64,000 nucleotides of DNA from Tubulanus polymorphus (GCF_964204645.1 NC_134030.1:14694110-14758109); one strand, 5' to 3'. Counted from the stretch's first letter, positions 32,921 through 46,100 are shown. Notes: a model not told the origin generated them from the sequence alone. Numbers and translations: made by a program.

Positions 32921-34813
32921 GTCTCATGCCCTGCGCCTCTAAACTTCCCATTCAAATGATCATGGTCTCTTACTTTTTTATCTTTATAATAAAATATCTT
33001 TTCACAATAATAACATTTATCTGCAAACTCTAATGCTTCTTTATCTTCTTCTGTCATTATGATTTCTTTATTTGTATTCAATAATTTACTAAATCTTATT
33101 TCATATTCAATTAATAAGTCACAAAAATGATTGATAACATTTTCATTTCTATAATGATAATATTCACTTACAATTAGTTCTGGATAATCAGATTTAATAT
33201 ATAATCCGAAAGCAGCAGCTGATTGATGAATCTTTTTAATAGTATTTGTTTTTGGTGGTTCATCTGAAAAATCATTTTCATTAGAATTTAATTTCTTTCT
33301 TTTATAATATATTTCTTTTCTATCTTGATCAGTTAATTCTTTATTTAATGATTCAAAATATCCATATATAACAAATGGTACTTTATTTTTGTAATCACAT
33401 TTTTTGAATTCTTATATTTTATCCTTTTCATTTGGTAAAACTAATTTACAATAATCATGATTATCACATAATTGTTTATGATTTAATAATGTACTTTCAT
33501 TACTGAATCTATGTAAACATTTTCTACATAGATATATTTGATGGTGATCATTTTCTGATTTAAAAAATAAATCGATTTGTTTAATCCACATATAATGATT
33601 TTCATAATATAGTATATCTATAACATCATTTGAATCATAATCTTTTGATAGGTATAAAGGTCCTAATGTATAATGTTTTATATTGTTACCTTTTGTATTT
33701 GGCAATTTGATTAAATCAAATACATTTATTCTTAAATTATTATCTCTTTCTATTTTTGGGATATTTTTTAATTCTAACAGGATAATTATATATCTTATAA
33801 TTATTTTCAAATGGTTTATAATGTGTTAATCTAAAACTATGTTGTTTATAATCTTCAACTGGGTGTAAGCAACTTATCATAGCCCATAGAAAACATTTAT
33901 CATCAAAATTTTGTACATTTATTACAGCATTAGTTTTAAATGGTAGTTTAATATAACTCGATGCTTCAATATCTGGTTCTTTATAATATGATACATTATT
34001 TTAATCAATTGGTTTTGATTTAGTTAACTTATTATATTTTGTGTTATAAACATGTTAAGTCATAAATATTATTTCATCAAATATTAAACCAGATCCTTCA
34101 AAATATTTCTCTTCTATTTTAGTTTTTACTTCATTATAACATTTATTTAATTTATCATCTATATGTTGTTTTGAAATAATATGTTGCGAATGAGAATTTA
34201 TATTATATATTGGTTTATCTTCAGATTTTATAAATTTAACTTTTGATGAAATACTTATTTTAGGATATTCAACATCAGTAATTATTCTTATAATATTTTT
34301 CATATTTTCTAAATGTTTTTTATTTTCTTCTAATGTTTTTCCTTTATGAAATTTAAACTCGATAGCAGCTGGACCAATATCACTTTTAAATGCTTCGGTT
34401 ATCTCTATATCTTTTTTATTATCTAATGAATTAATATAATTTCTTACATCTTCCATGTATGGTCTTTTATTGTTTAATTTATTTCTTATTCTTTTAATTG
34501 TCTTATGTTTCTTATCATTGTCATTATCAAAATAATCTTCACCTTAAATATCATTATTCATATTTCTAATATGACTTTTAGATTTTAAATGTTCATTATA
34601 ATATCTTTTATCACTGAATGATTGATTACATGTATCACATTTGTATGTTTCTTTTTCATTCTTTAATTCATCTAATTTAGTTTCTAATAAATCATCTTCA
34701 TATTCTAATTTCAATTTATTCTCTAAATGTGTTTTAGTTTTATTGTGTCTTGCTTTTTGGGATTTATCTATATTGATTCTACATGTTGAACAGTAGTACT
34801 TATTTGCTTCCAT
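32921..34813 (-). pseudogene. polB: pPolB 5' half, copy C (inverted), truncated at the end of the HNH module
   Basis: ORFs 34544-34813, 34055-34456, 33412-33810 and 32842-33081 are collinear with copy B up to RGA.HE. Confidence 0.9.
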
Positions 34814-35075
34814 TTTAATACTAATTTTTTTTTTTAATTGATTTTAAAAGTTCAATGATTTAAATATGAATTATTTCAATCACACTTTACTAACACTTTT
34901 AATGTTTAAAAATCTAACTCATACAAATATAAATATTGAAATAATGTTTAAAATATATCTATATATCTATTCTATAAGAGCTTGTACTCTCGTACTCTGG
35001 CTTGAAAGCCTACTTTTCTAATTACTTATATATGTTATTCATTTATATTTTATTCACGTATATGATTATTTTAAG

Positions 35076-35269
35076 AGTAATAGGGGTAATGGGCTTTCAG
35101 GTTAAAGGTTGAGGGGTTGGGAAATTTTACAAATATGAAAATAATAATAATTTCTAGTTGAATTAGGAGTGTGCGCGACTAATTCAATTAGAAATTATTG
35201 TTATTTTTACATTTAAAAAATTTCTCGACCTCTCGACCTTTGGCTTGAAAGCCCATTACCCCTATTACT
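35076..35269. repeat. Terminal imperfect palindrome (hairpin) of arm C
   Basis: AGTAATAGGGGTAATGGGCTTTCA...TTGAATTAG-loop-CTAATTCAA...TGAAAGCCCATTACCCCTATTACT. Confidence 0.92.
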
Positions 35270-35672
35270 GCCATGAGGCAGAGTAGATCACCTCAGAATA
35301 AAAGAAAAACTTTCGTAAACCAGACCAAGGTAAACGAAACAACCAAATCGGAAGAGATGCAAATGATCCTTAACAAACTTCGGAAGATGGAAGGAGAAAT
35401 GAACAAAATGAGACTGGAACTAGAGCAACGGACCTGGAGACCATCGAGGTGGAGGAATAGTGGTCCACAGAACCGACCTCCCACGGTTCCGGTGGAAGAG
35501 AGAACATGTTATAGGTGTGGAGTAACATGAAAGCTCAGTGTCCGGAAAACGCAGAGGAACCTGGTCAGGGAGGCGGGGCCAGGCGGAAAATGGAGACAGC
35601 CTCCCAGAAACCCAAGACGCAACTAGTAGGTCCACGCCGCGAAATGCTCGTGTACATACAGAACCAACCAAG
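35270..35672 (+). pseudogene. LTR-retrotransposon (Gypsy-like) gag fragment with zinc knuckle
   Basis: GC-richer island; coiled-coil followed by RTCYRCG...CPE. Confidence 0.55.
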
Positions 35673-35674
35673 AA

Positions 35675-36648
35675 TAATATTTTGAAGGATCTGGTTTAAT
35701 ATTGTTGAAATAATATTTATGACTTTACATGTTTATAACACAAAATATAATAAGTTAACTAAATCAAAACCAATTGATGAAAATAATTTATCATATTATA
35801 AAGATGATAATATAAATGAATCAAGTTATATTAAACTACCATTTAAAACTAATGCTGTTAAAATTTACAAAATTTTGATGATAAATGTTTTTTTATGGAC
35901 AATTATTAGTTGCTTACATCCAACAGAAGATACTATACATAGTTTTAGATTTATAAATTATAAAAAATTTGAAAATAATTATAAGATAGATAATTATCCA
36001 GTTAGAATGAAAGATATTCCAAAAATAGAAAGAGATAATAATCTAAAAAAAATGTATTTGATTTAATCAAATTACCAAATACAAAAGGTAACAATATAAA
36101 ACATTATACATTTGAACCTTTGTATTTATCAAAAGATTATGATTCAAATGGTGTTATAGATATATGATATTATGAAAATCATTATATGTGGATAAAACAA
36201 ATCGATTTATTTTTAGAACAGAAAATGATCACCATAAAATATATCTATGTAGAAAATGTATAACTAAATTCAGTAATGAAAGTACATTATTAAATCATAA
36301 TCAATTATGTGAAAATTATGATTATTGTAAAATGATTTTACCAAGTGAAAAGGATAAGATATTAGAATCTAAAAAATATGATTACAAAATAAAGTACCAT
36401 TTGTAATATATGGAGATTTTGAATCACTCAATAAAGAACTAACTAATCAAGATAGAAAAGAAATATATTGTAAAAGAAAGAAATTAAATTCTAATGAAAA
36501 TGATTTTTCAGAAGAACCACCAAAAACAAATACTATTAAAAAGATTCATCAATCAGCTGCAGCTTTTGGATTATATATAAAATCAGACTATCCAGAACTA
36601 ATTGAAAGTGAATATTATAATTATAGAAATGAAAATGTTATCAATCAT
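35675..36648 (+). pseudogene. polB: pPolB internal fragment, copy D
   Basis: FEGSG.../MTLHVYNTKY through ENVINH, collinear with copy B at 23110-24090; many frameshifts. Confidence 0.88.
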
Positions 36649-37037
36649 TGAATGAAATAAAATTGAAATATCGATGTGCGGTCTTCTCTGGTTCCGATCT
36701 TCATTGCATTTAATGTTTCGCTTTGATGATATCATTGACCTGAAATAATCAAATTACGAAAAAATCTAGCTGTTCTAACATTATTTTGCGTGTATGTAGT
36801 AAACAATCGAGTTCAGTTACTTTCGGCATTTCGTTTAAGAAAGGCCAAGTTTTCATTTTCAATCGGGACCCGTGACGAGACAAGGATGTCTCGTCACAGG
36901 CCCGAGGTTCTCTCACGGGACACGCTGCATTGCTGCAGTTTAGCCTGTATCGACACCGGCTGAAAACCCACATTCTGCTTTCAAAAAACGTTTTTTTATG
37001 TGAAATTTATTTCCAGTCCTATTTTAGTCGTTATTAT

Positions 37038-37139
37038 ACCCTTGAAAATCATTGCCGTAAGTCCGTAAGCTTCTGTTATTTGAGACAACCCTTGAAAATC
37101 ATTGCCGTAAGTCCGTAAGCTTCTGTTATTTGAGACAAC
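37038..37139. repeat. About 51-bp tandem duplication
   Basis: CCCTTGAAAATCATTGCCGTAAGTCCGTAAGCTTCTGTTATTTGAGACAAC x2. Confidence 0.9.
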
Positions 37140-37422
37140 ACAGCTCAAAGAAGTCGGTAGAGTTAAATTCAAACTGAATCGGTGAATAAAATTTAAACAA
37201 AATTTAAATTTAAAACTAAATTCACTCAGTCAAATCCATGCCTTGTGGAAGAACAGGAGTTGTTGGATTTATTTTCTTCCCTGAGTTTTGTTGCTTTGAC
37301 CCTTTTAGGCCTATTTTTACAAAAAGTCAAGAAAAGAAAAAGCATAGGCACAGGTTGAATAAAGCCTATAAAAAGCCTAAGTTGATAAAATAATAGACAA
37401 ACGCTACCTACAAGCAGTTAGT

Positions 37423-39146
37423 AGGAACACTTTCCAAAAACAGCTTATTCTGCCAATTTCGGCGTTTTCCGCCAATTACGGCAGAATTAGCCGTTTATGG
37501 ATCACTCAGTTTTAAAACTTTCACAGTCGTTTATGGCTTAATCAGCCAGTTTCAGCTCACTAAGTTTCGAGTTTTGCTTTAAAGTGTTTTGCGCACTTCT
37601 GGTCCAATTAGCGCATGTTGCCGTTTACGTCATAATCTCGAGCAGACGATAAGCTTTCATGTGACGTTAGGATGGAAATTTTTGAGCTAGGTAAAGTGGT
37701 CAAATTTATGTTTTTCTAAATGATTACGTCATATGAAGTCCAAAAACTCCGGGAAAACTCTCAAAACTACTACAGCATGAAAAAAGTTTATTAATCATGA
37801 TTTTTGTTACAAATAAATGTGGGAACTAGTTTTAAAAACTATTATAAAGTTTTCAAGTAAACGTTGCCATGGGTACACATAAAAAGATTCGCCATTTCTG
37901 GCGTATTCCGCCGTTTTTGGCGTAGTTAGTTTTATAACCATAAACTAATAAGCCATTATTGGCAGTCCACTTGTTATATATGAGGATTCCCCCACCCACT
38001 TAGACGTTTTCCCTAGTGTCTACGCGGTACTTTTTTTAAAGGAATTTTTGAAATAATTAATTTGCTGAGGTGAACGTGTGTAAATATTATATGTTAAATA
38101 TAAAAATAAAATTATTATCATTATTATCATTCTCATAAGACAAATCAATCATGGACGTATAAACTAGTGTATCAAAAATCTAGTTTATAGGCCTAAGTGT
38201 TGCCCAAGGTCTTATCTTGCCTTATAAAGCATAGAATGGTTGAGGGATATATATATATATATATCTTTATTAACGTGTCATCTCAATAAACAAGCCAGCC
38301 TATAATAAGGCTTACAAGACACATTGACATTCACAAGTAGGCCTACAACAAACATGTGACATTGGATTAAGAATTAAGAATTTCGAAGTTTCATTGCGGC
38401 TGATATGAATCCGCAAACACTACTTACGATACGACTATTACTTAGTAGAATTTTAGTTTTTACGGCATTAGACAAAAGATTGATATCTATACTGGACTGC
38501 ATATGATGTTGGTTAATTGAAGGTAATTAAGATCTTCGATGCCTCCCAGCTAATTGGACTTGTGATGGATAGTGATTGAATGAATTGGTTGCCCATGACG
38601 TTACAACACTCAAAATCAATATACAGCTGTAGGCCTAGACTCATTTCAAAATACAACAAACATTTTCGAAACAATTTGGGATACAAGTATATATAAATTT
38701 ATTACATAGAATACAGGTATACAGAAAGAACAGAATTTTAATACAGTTGCCATCGAAAATTCTGTACATTTGTATTTAATTCTTTCTTGAAGCCTGGAAT
38801 GGATCAATGAGATTAATTTTTCGGCGCAAATATACAAATTTATGCCAGCAGAAAAGCGATGATGTCATAATAGGGACTCCAATTGATCTAAGCACTATAA
38901 ATAGCACCTGTATAACTATCTAAGCTAAAAACGCTGTTTCTAGCGATGTAGTTTTTAAAACTGTATCAGCAGAAAACGGCGGAAATGGCGTTTTTTAAGA
39001 ACAAGCCAAAAATGGCAGAAAACGCCGATTTCGCCTAAATTGGCAGAGGCAGTTTAAAACTGAGTAATCCATAAACGGCTGATTCTGCCGTTATTGGCGG
39101 AAAACGCCGAAATTGGCAGAATAAGTCATTTTTGGAAAGTGTTCCT
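37423..39146. mobile_element. Non-autonomous TIR element (about 90-bp TIRs)
   Basis: AGGAACACTTTCCAAAAA...GGATCACTCAGTTTTAAA is inverted at 39053-39146. Superfamily not assigned. Confidence 0.75.
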
Positions 39147-39226
39147 GACTGACAAGTCAACGTCAATAGGTTAATTGAACGGATTCCAAGAATAAGATTG
39201 CCGGATCATAAGTAAAGAATTCAAGT

Positions 39227-39287
39227 ATGTCTCATGTGAAGGATCGTCCAAGGTGCTTTTTCGACATTGAAATAGACAGCCAACCTA
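39227..39287 (+). CDS. PPIG: Cyclophilin (PPIG/NKTR-type) first coding exon
   Basis: ATG-MSHVKDRPRCFFDIEIDSQP plus a phase-1 GTAAG donor; splices in frame to 50234. PPIG versus NKTR cannot be resolved here. Confidence 0.85.
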
Positions 39288-39377
39288 GTAAGTTACCTCG
39301 TTTACCTACCTGTTCAGACTGTGACACTAAGATTGATTAGAGGGGGCTAAGTAGCCTGAATACCTATCATTTGTTGT

Positions 39378-40639
39378 TAGCCCACTTGGGACTTTAGTCC
39401 CAGCGGGCTATTGCGTTCACTTTTCGTCCGTCGTCCGTCCGTCCGTCCGTCAGTAGACGGAATCCAGTTGTTTAGGGAAGTTTTGAAGACGCTTCAAGGT
39501 AATGTCTTGATATTTGGTTTTTACATGTATCTACCCTAGACACATCTTCAGCCCAAAAACTGGCCCTGTCAGATTCAAGATGGCCGGCTGGCAGCCATTG
39601 TTGTTCGCCAAAATCAGCACTTTTTACACATTTTTGAAGTTTTTGAGGGAAATTTTGAAGACGCTTTGATCAATTACCTTGGTCTTTCGGATATATGTGA
39701 ATCTCCCCAGGGCCCATCAACATAACAAAAATTGGGTCGGTCGGACTCAAGATGGCCGTCCTATGACCTTTTTAGTGCCCAAAAATGTTAATTTTGGCCC
39801 GAATTCTGAGTCCTGTAGCTTCCTACTGGTTTGCCATTTCTCATTGCAATTTGTGATGGGTATTCTATGGAAAGGGATGTTTTATACCTGAGACAGGTAT
39901 TTTTCATCAGCCAATTATGACGCGATTGGCGGCCATCTTTGTGTCACCAGTACTCATTCGTAAGTGGGAAAAAGTTTTTCCACATTAAATTTATACCTAA
40001 GCGTATTTTGCTACCACAATCAATTAGAAAGTTGTAGCTAATAACGTGTTCTATGATTGTGGTGAGTTTCAAGGTAATTGGAATTCGTATATGGCCACCA
40101 GGGGGCGTTGAATAATACAATATCTTAGCATTTCTTTATTATATTCGTACCTATGCATATTTTGTAACCACAATCAATTGGAAAGTTGTAGCTCATGACA
40201 TCACCTATGATTGTTGCGAGTTTTAAGGACATTAGTTTTTCTATATGGTCACCAGGGGGCGTTGAATAGTAGAATAACTTAGTATTTCCTTATTATATTG
40301 GTACCTAGGCATATTTTGTTACCATGATCAATTGCAAAGTTGTAGTTCATGACATGTTCTATGATTGTGGTGAGTTTCGAGGTCATTGGGTTTTGAATAT
40401 GGTCACCAGGGGGCGTTGAATAGTAGAATGACTTAGTATTTCCTTATTAAATTGGCATATTTTGTTATCACAATCAATTACAAAATCGTAGCTGCTGACA
40501 TGTTCTATGATTGTGGTGAGTTTCAAGGTCGTTGGTTTTTGTAAATGGTCACCAGGGGGCGTTGAATATTGAAATTGTTAGATTGTTGAGCATTTGAAAC
40601 CACTTCCCAAGTGGGCATGGTGTCCCTGGACCCCTAGTT
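39378..40639 (+). mobile_element. Helentron-type non-autonomous element (HINE), full-length copy 1
   Basis: 5' subTIR and palindrome GCCCACTTGGGACTTTAGTCCCAGCGGGC, (CCGT)n, four ~154-bp internal repeats, 3' subTIR TCCCAAGTGGGC, short hairpin and CTAGTT. T-rich insertion site, no TSD. Confidence 0.85.
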
Positions 40640-40997
40640 ACAGTTCCATACAACGTCTGACACCAACCTGACAAATAGAGGTTAACTCCTGTTTATCTCA
40701 ATGCAACAACTGATATTAGTGCCAAATCAAACCTTTGTACTCAAATAAATAAATTAGTTACCATGTTGGCTTTGAAAACGTGTTTTATGATAATATTATT
40801 ATGACGATGCCTGGAAATCGGTTGTGTATGTTGCTTGTCATGCGAAGCACACGGAGGTGTATGCATGCGCGCTGAACAAATTGTTCCATAATTTTATGGC
40901 TAATAGCCTATACATTTTGGTAGGCCTACTTATGATTCCGGAGTGATTACGATGTATTATGAATAGCCTAAATGAATTGTCATGATTAAACTATTTT

Positions 40998-42031
40998 TAG
41001 CCCACTTGGGACTTAAGTCCCAGCGGGCTATTGCGTTCAGTTTTCGCCGTCCGTCCGTAGACGGAATCCAGTTATTTGGGAAGTTTTGATGACACTTCAA
41101 GGAAATGTCTTGATATTTGGTTTATACATGTATCTACCCTAGACACATCTTCAGCCCCCCAGGGCCCATCAGCATAACAAAAATTGGGTCGATTGGACTC
41201 AAGATGGCCGTGATATGACCTTTTTAGTGCCCAAAAATGTTAATTTTGGCCCGAATTCTGAGTCCTGTAGCTTCCTACTGGTTTGCCATTTCCCATTGCA
41301 TGTGATGGGTATTCTTTGGAAAGGGATGTTTTATACCTGAGACAGGTATTTTTCATCACCCAATTATGACGCAATTGGCGGCCATCTTGGTGTCACCAGT
41401 ACTATTCGTAAGTGGGAAAATTTTTCCACATTATATTGATACCTAAGCGTATTTTACTACCACAATCAATTAGAAAGTTGTAGCTCATGAGGTGTTCTAT
41501 GATTGTGGTGAGTTTCAAGGTCATTGGATTTTGTATTTGGCCACCAGGGGGCGTCGAATAATACAATATCTTAGCATTTCTTTATTATATTCGTACATAT
41601 GCTATTGCATATTTTGTAACCACAATCAATTGGAAAGTTGTAGCTTATGACACCATCTATGATTGTTGCGAGTTTTAAATCAATAAGCCGCAGAGCGGTG
41701 TACTAGCAAAATCCATCACTGATTCGTACACCGCACTGCGGTGTAGACGCACTGAAAGGGTTAAGGCCATTAGTTATTCTATATGGTCACCAGGGGGGGT
41801 TGAATAGTAGAATAACTTAGTATTTCCTTATTATATTGGTACCTAGGCATATTTTGTTACCATGATCAATTACAAAGTTATAGTTCGTGACATGTTCTAT
41901 GATTGTGGTGAGTTTCAAGGTCATTGGTGTTTGCATATGGTCACCAGGGGGCGTTGAATATTGAAATTGTTTGATTGTTGAGCATTTGGAACCACTTCCC
42001 AAGTGGGCATGGTGTCCCTGGACCCCTAATT
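40998..42031 (+). mobile_element. HINE copy 2, with a small TTAA-flanked insert at about 41678-41764
   Basis: Same termini as copy 1. The insert ends AAAGGG|TTAA, a piggyBac-like end. Confidence 0.85.
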
Positions 42032-43154
42032 CGATTAGTGAGTTGTAAATGCATTCATCTCTGTGCGGATGAATAAAACGACAATGTAGTGAGCCGTCAG
42101 CATTGCGCTTTTTTTACTGTGTGGATGATACCGCACATGTCGCCAGTAAGTGATTGTTTTTAGCTCTACTTAGAGGCACAAAAACAGCAAAATCGTTTCC
42201 CGAGAAAAAACATTGTAAATACTTGATTGAGTCCTTATACTGACTTATATAGCTAAATACCATAAGCGCGAGGCTAATTTGACAGAAATTTAGTCCTCGT
42301 GGAAAAAATAAGTGTAAAGAGCCAATCAGAGCCAAGCAGCAGCTGTATAATAAGCATTTCAAGATTTTTGTAAAATCTTGAATTGTTTAAGGAAGGACTT
42401 TGCAAAAAAAACAACAGAAAATTTATCGTTGACAATTGTGTAAGGGTTGGGTAAAATAGCGTTTTATCAAGTCGCTGCCGTAGGCGTGAATGTTGTGATA
42501 TGCTAATTAGCCATGTGTTTACGAACAAATCCAATTTGATTTTATTCAGCAAAAAAATATCAATCTAATTTAAGCTTTGTTCAGTATAAATCAATCTTTG
42601 AGAGGAAAAATAATTAAATTAAAGCATATGCTACTTCCTGGGTTACTTAAAAAATCAAAATTGTACTGTGTTAATAAAACAGGAGCTCGAGAGCACTGGA
42701 CCTTTGGTCCTCTAGTTGATGATTATAATCAGGAACCGGAGAATTTATTGATTTGATTTGAATTGAATTGTTTGCCAGAATCGAGATTTCCAATAGGCCT
42801 ACGGACTAAATTAATAAAATGTGAAAATTCAATATGTCTCTCTAAAATTAGACTGTTTGAGGTAAGTTGATGGTGTTTTAATTGGTGAAATAGACGCTCA
42901 AAGCCTCGTCCCCCAAAATTAGGGACGAAAATTAACCTTATATGTGCACTTTGGCCCTAGACATTGTTTGGGGAACAATGGCTAGGTACTAGACTAGGGG
43001 CTAAGTAGCCTAAAAGAAGGCTATTTCAACAAAGGGGCTTGTAAACTGGCTTGGATTTTATTTCCGGGTTGTTGATTATTTAAAAAGAAAAATCGTGGCT
43101 CCTATCTATTTTGGTATTCTCTTCTCTTCACCTGAAGTCACTCAAGTTAGTCAG

Positions 43155-46100
43155 GTTTTTGCATTCACTTTTCGTCCGTACGTTCGTCCGTCCATAGACG
43201 GAATCCAGTTATTCTGGGAAGTTTTTAAGACGATTCAATGTAATGCCCTTGATATTTGGTTTATACATGTATCTAGCCTAGACACTTCTTCAGCCCAAAA
43301 TCTGGCCCTGTCATAATCAAGTCGGCCGACTGGCAGCCATTGGTGTTCGCCAAAATCAGCACTTTTTACACATTTTGAAGTTTTTGAGGGAAATTTTGAA
43401 GACGCTTCAATCAATTACTTTGATCTTATATATAATTTTGAATCTACCAAGGGTTCATCAATGTAACAAAAATTGGGTCGATCGGACTCAAGATAGCCGT
43501 CCTATGACCTTTTTAGTTCCCAAAAATGTCAATTTTGGACGGAATTCTGGGTCCTGTAGCTCCCTACTGGTTTGCCAGTTCTCATTGCAATTTGTGATGG
43601 GTATTCTTTGGTAAAGGATGTTTTATACCTGTGACAGGTATTTTTGATCAGCCAATTATGACACAATTGGCGACCATCTTGGTGTCATCAGTTCTTATTC
43701 GTCGGTGGGAAAAAGTTTTTCCACATTAGATTGTGTTGAGAAGCGAACAAGTGTAATGCGTAAAACTTTCATTGATTAAGCTAATGACATTTTAATGCCT
43801 GCGCTACACTTAAGACTTTCTGACGAATTCACATGATGATGAATGTTTAATATAATTAGTGATAATAGGTTTTTGAAGATAAAATGATAAGAATTTAGTA
43901 TATTAGAGCAGTTCAAGTAGTCGAAATTTATACACATCCGCAGCAGTAATAAAGCAGTACAGCAGATTTTAAGCAGAAAACAGAAATCTTGTTGTGGTTA
44001 GTTTGTCGCATAGCCATAAGAAACTGGTAGCAGAGCGTAGTTGAACCGAAGTACAGAAGACAAAGAAGAAAATGATGTCAAGTCAATACAGAAAATACAG
44101 TAGCAAAAACAAGTGAAGTGAACGAAACTTTACTACTAGAGATCGAACTTCTGAAGCAGAAGAAATCAAGAGGAAAGGCTGCCGTAACACGGATTCGGCA
44201 CAACATTGAAGAGGCTGTCCATAACAACAGAAAGCGGACCAGAATACGAGAATTCCTCCACAAATATGACGAGAAGCGGGAAGATGTTCTAGGAGTTATG
44301 ATAGAGTTAAGTGAAAAATATTTGGTCAGCAGAGATCAACAAAGTGTGATGAAAATGTCGAAAGAAATAGAAGTCTACGCAGAAGAAATGTTAGATATGG
44401 AAACACGTCATCTACATCAGAGAGAAAATGAGCCATCGAGTATGATAGCCCTGAGCCGAGAAGAGGTTATGGATGGGGATGATGATGAAGTTTTAAGCCA
44501 GCATACCACGGCGAGCGAGATTCAATCCGTTGCCGCAGAGCAAGTAGTTACTTTGGCTCATGATATGTGGAAGCAACTCGAGCGAGTTTCTATCCTGATA
44601 TTCAATGGCGATAGAAAAACATATGCTAATTGGAAAGCGGCATTTATGGCGTGTATTGACAGCGCACCTGCCACAGCTGAGTATAAGTTACTACAGCTGC
44701 GTCAGTACTTATCAGGAGATGCATTGAAATGCATAGAAAGTTTAGGACATTCAGCAGCAGCTTACCAGACAGCGAAAGAACGTCTGAAAGAAAGTTTGGA
44801 GGAAAAAGGCGGCAGGTAGCAATATACATCGAAGAACTCAATAACTTCTGTCCAATCAGGTACGGAAATGCCCGGGATCTAGAGAAGCTCGCGGACTTAC
44901 TAGATGTTGCCGTGGTAAACCTAAAAGAAGCCGGAAAAGAATCAGATTTGGGCAAAGGTTCTCTGTACCACAGTCTCCAAAGAAAATTACCAAAACAAAT
45001 GGTATCGAGATACCATAGATGGGTGGTCGAGAAGTCTAAACCAGAGTCAGTAGAAACGCTGCGAACATGGATCAACCAAGAAGCGGACTTTCAAACAATA
45101 GCACATGAAACTGTCAAAGGTGTGACTGCGGAAAATCAGTACAACTCAAATGTCAGCAGAAAGCCGCGCACGATGCTTATTGGTAACAGTGGTCCAGGAA
45201 GAGGATGCAGTGTTTGTGGGACGAATCATCCCATATGGCAATGTGAAGATTTCAAAAAGATGAATATTGATGATAGATGGAACCATGCGAAGAAAAGCAG
45301 ATTATTTTTCAGATGTCTTGTAGAAGGTCACCGGGGAACAAGTTGTAAAGCGACCCAGATTTGCAGAGTAAACAAATGTAAAGAAACACACAATCGATTG
45401 TTGCATAGAGAAAAGCTAATAAACGTCGACGCACCTAGAGCGAGCTACTACCAGAGCGCTGCCACGGAAGGGGAGCATTGCAACACAGATAGAGTAACAG
45501 GCCAGATGAAAGCAGTTGACTGGAACGGCTATAGAGATAAGTGGAATCATCTAAAAGGCATACAGTTCCCACGTTTAGGAAAACGACCTATTGTAGACAT
45601 GTTAATAGGTATAGACAACATTGAACTACATTATTCGTATAGAGATATACGCGGAAGACCGAAAGAGCCAGTGGCAAGATTAACACCACTTGGGTGGACT
45701 TTGCTCAATAGTACTTCAATCCGCCACTCGCACCACATTTTGGAGGAGTCCACGAGACGATGATCAAGTCAGCGAAACGTGCTATATACGCTATACTGGG
45801 GAATGCAGACGTGAACGATGTAGAGTTATTGTTGGCATTTACTGGAGCTGAAGCAATGATTAACTCCAGGCCGTTAACATACCAATCGGCTAACCCAGAT
45901 GATGACGTTCCGTTGACACCAAATCATTTCTTGTTCGGTCAAATGGGAGGTCAGTTCGCACCAGATACCGTAGATGAAACGGATTTCAGTCCATGAAGAA
46001 GATGGCGACGTGTCCAAGAACTCATGAAACATTTTTGGCAAAGATGGATGAGAGAATGGTTACCACAGTTGAATTCGCGCAAAAAATGGACAGATACTTA

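Larger units (their letters stand above)
22064..35269 (+). mobile_element. Polinton/adintovirus-like element, copy B (most complete) with inverted arm C
   Basis: Inner hairpin arm at about 22105-22168, then pPolB, OB-like gene, penton, membrane genes, MCP/integrase remnant and ATPase. A minus-strand arm with 5' polB follows, ending in a hairpin and CCCCTATTACT at 35269. Extremely AT-rich. Confidence 0.85.

Noticed and set aside
22064-35269. Free virus or microbial contaminant; active autonomous element
   Set aside because: Interleaved with host retrotransposons, and carrying many frameshifts and deletions of polymerase motif C, most of MCP and the integrase.
39990-40570. CRISPR-like array
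   Set aside because: Units are contiguous ~154-bp repeats without unique spacers; no cas genes; eukaryotic context.
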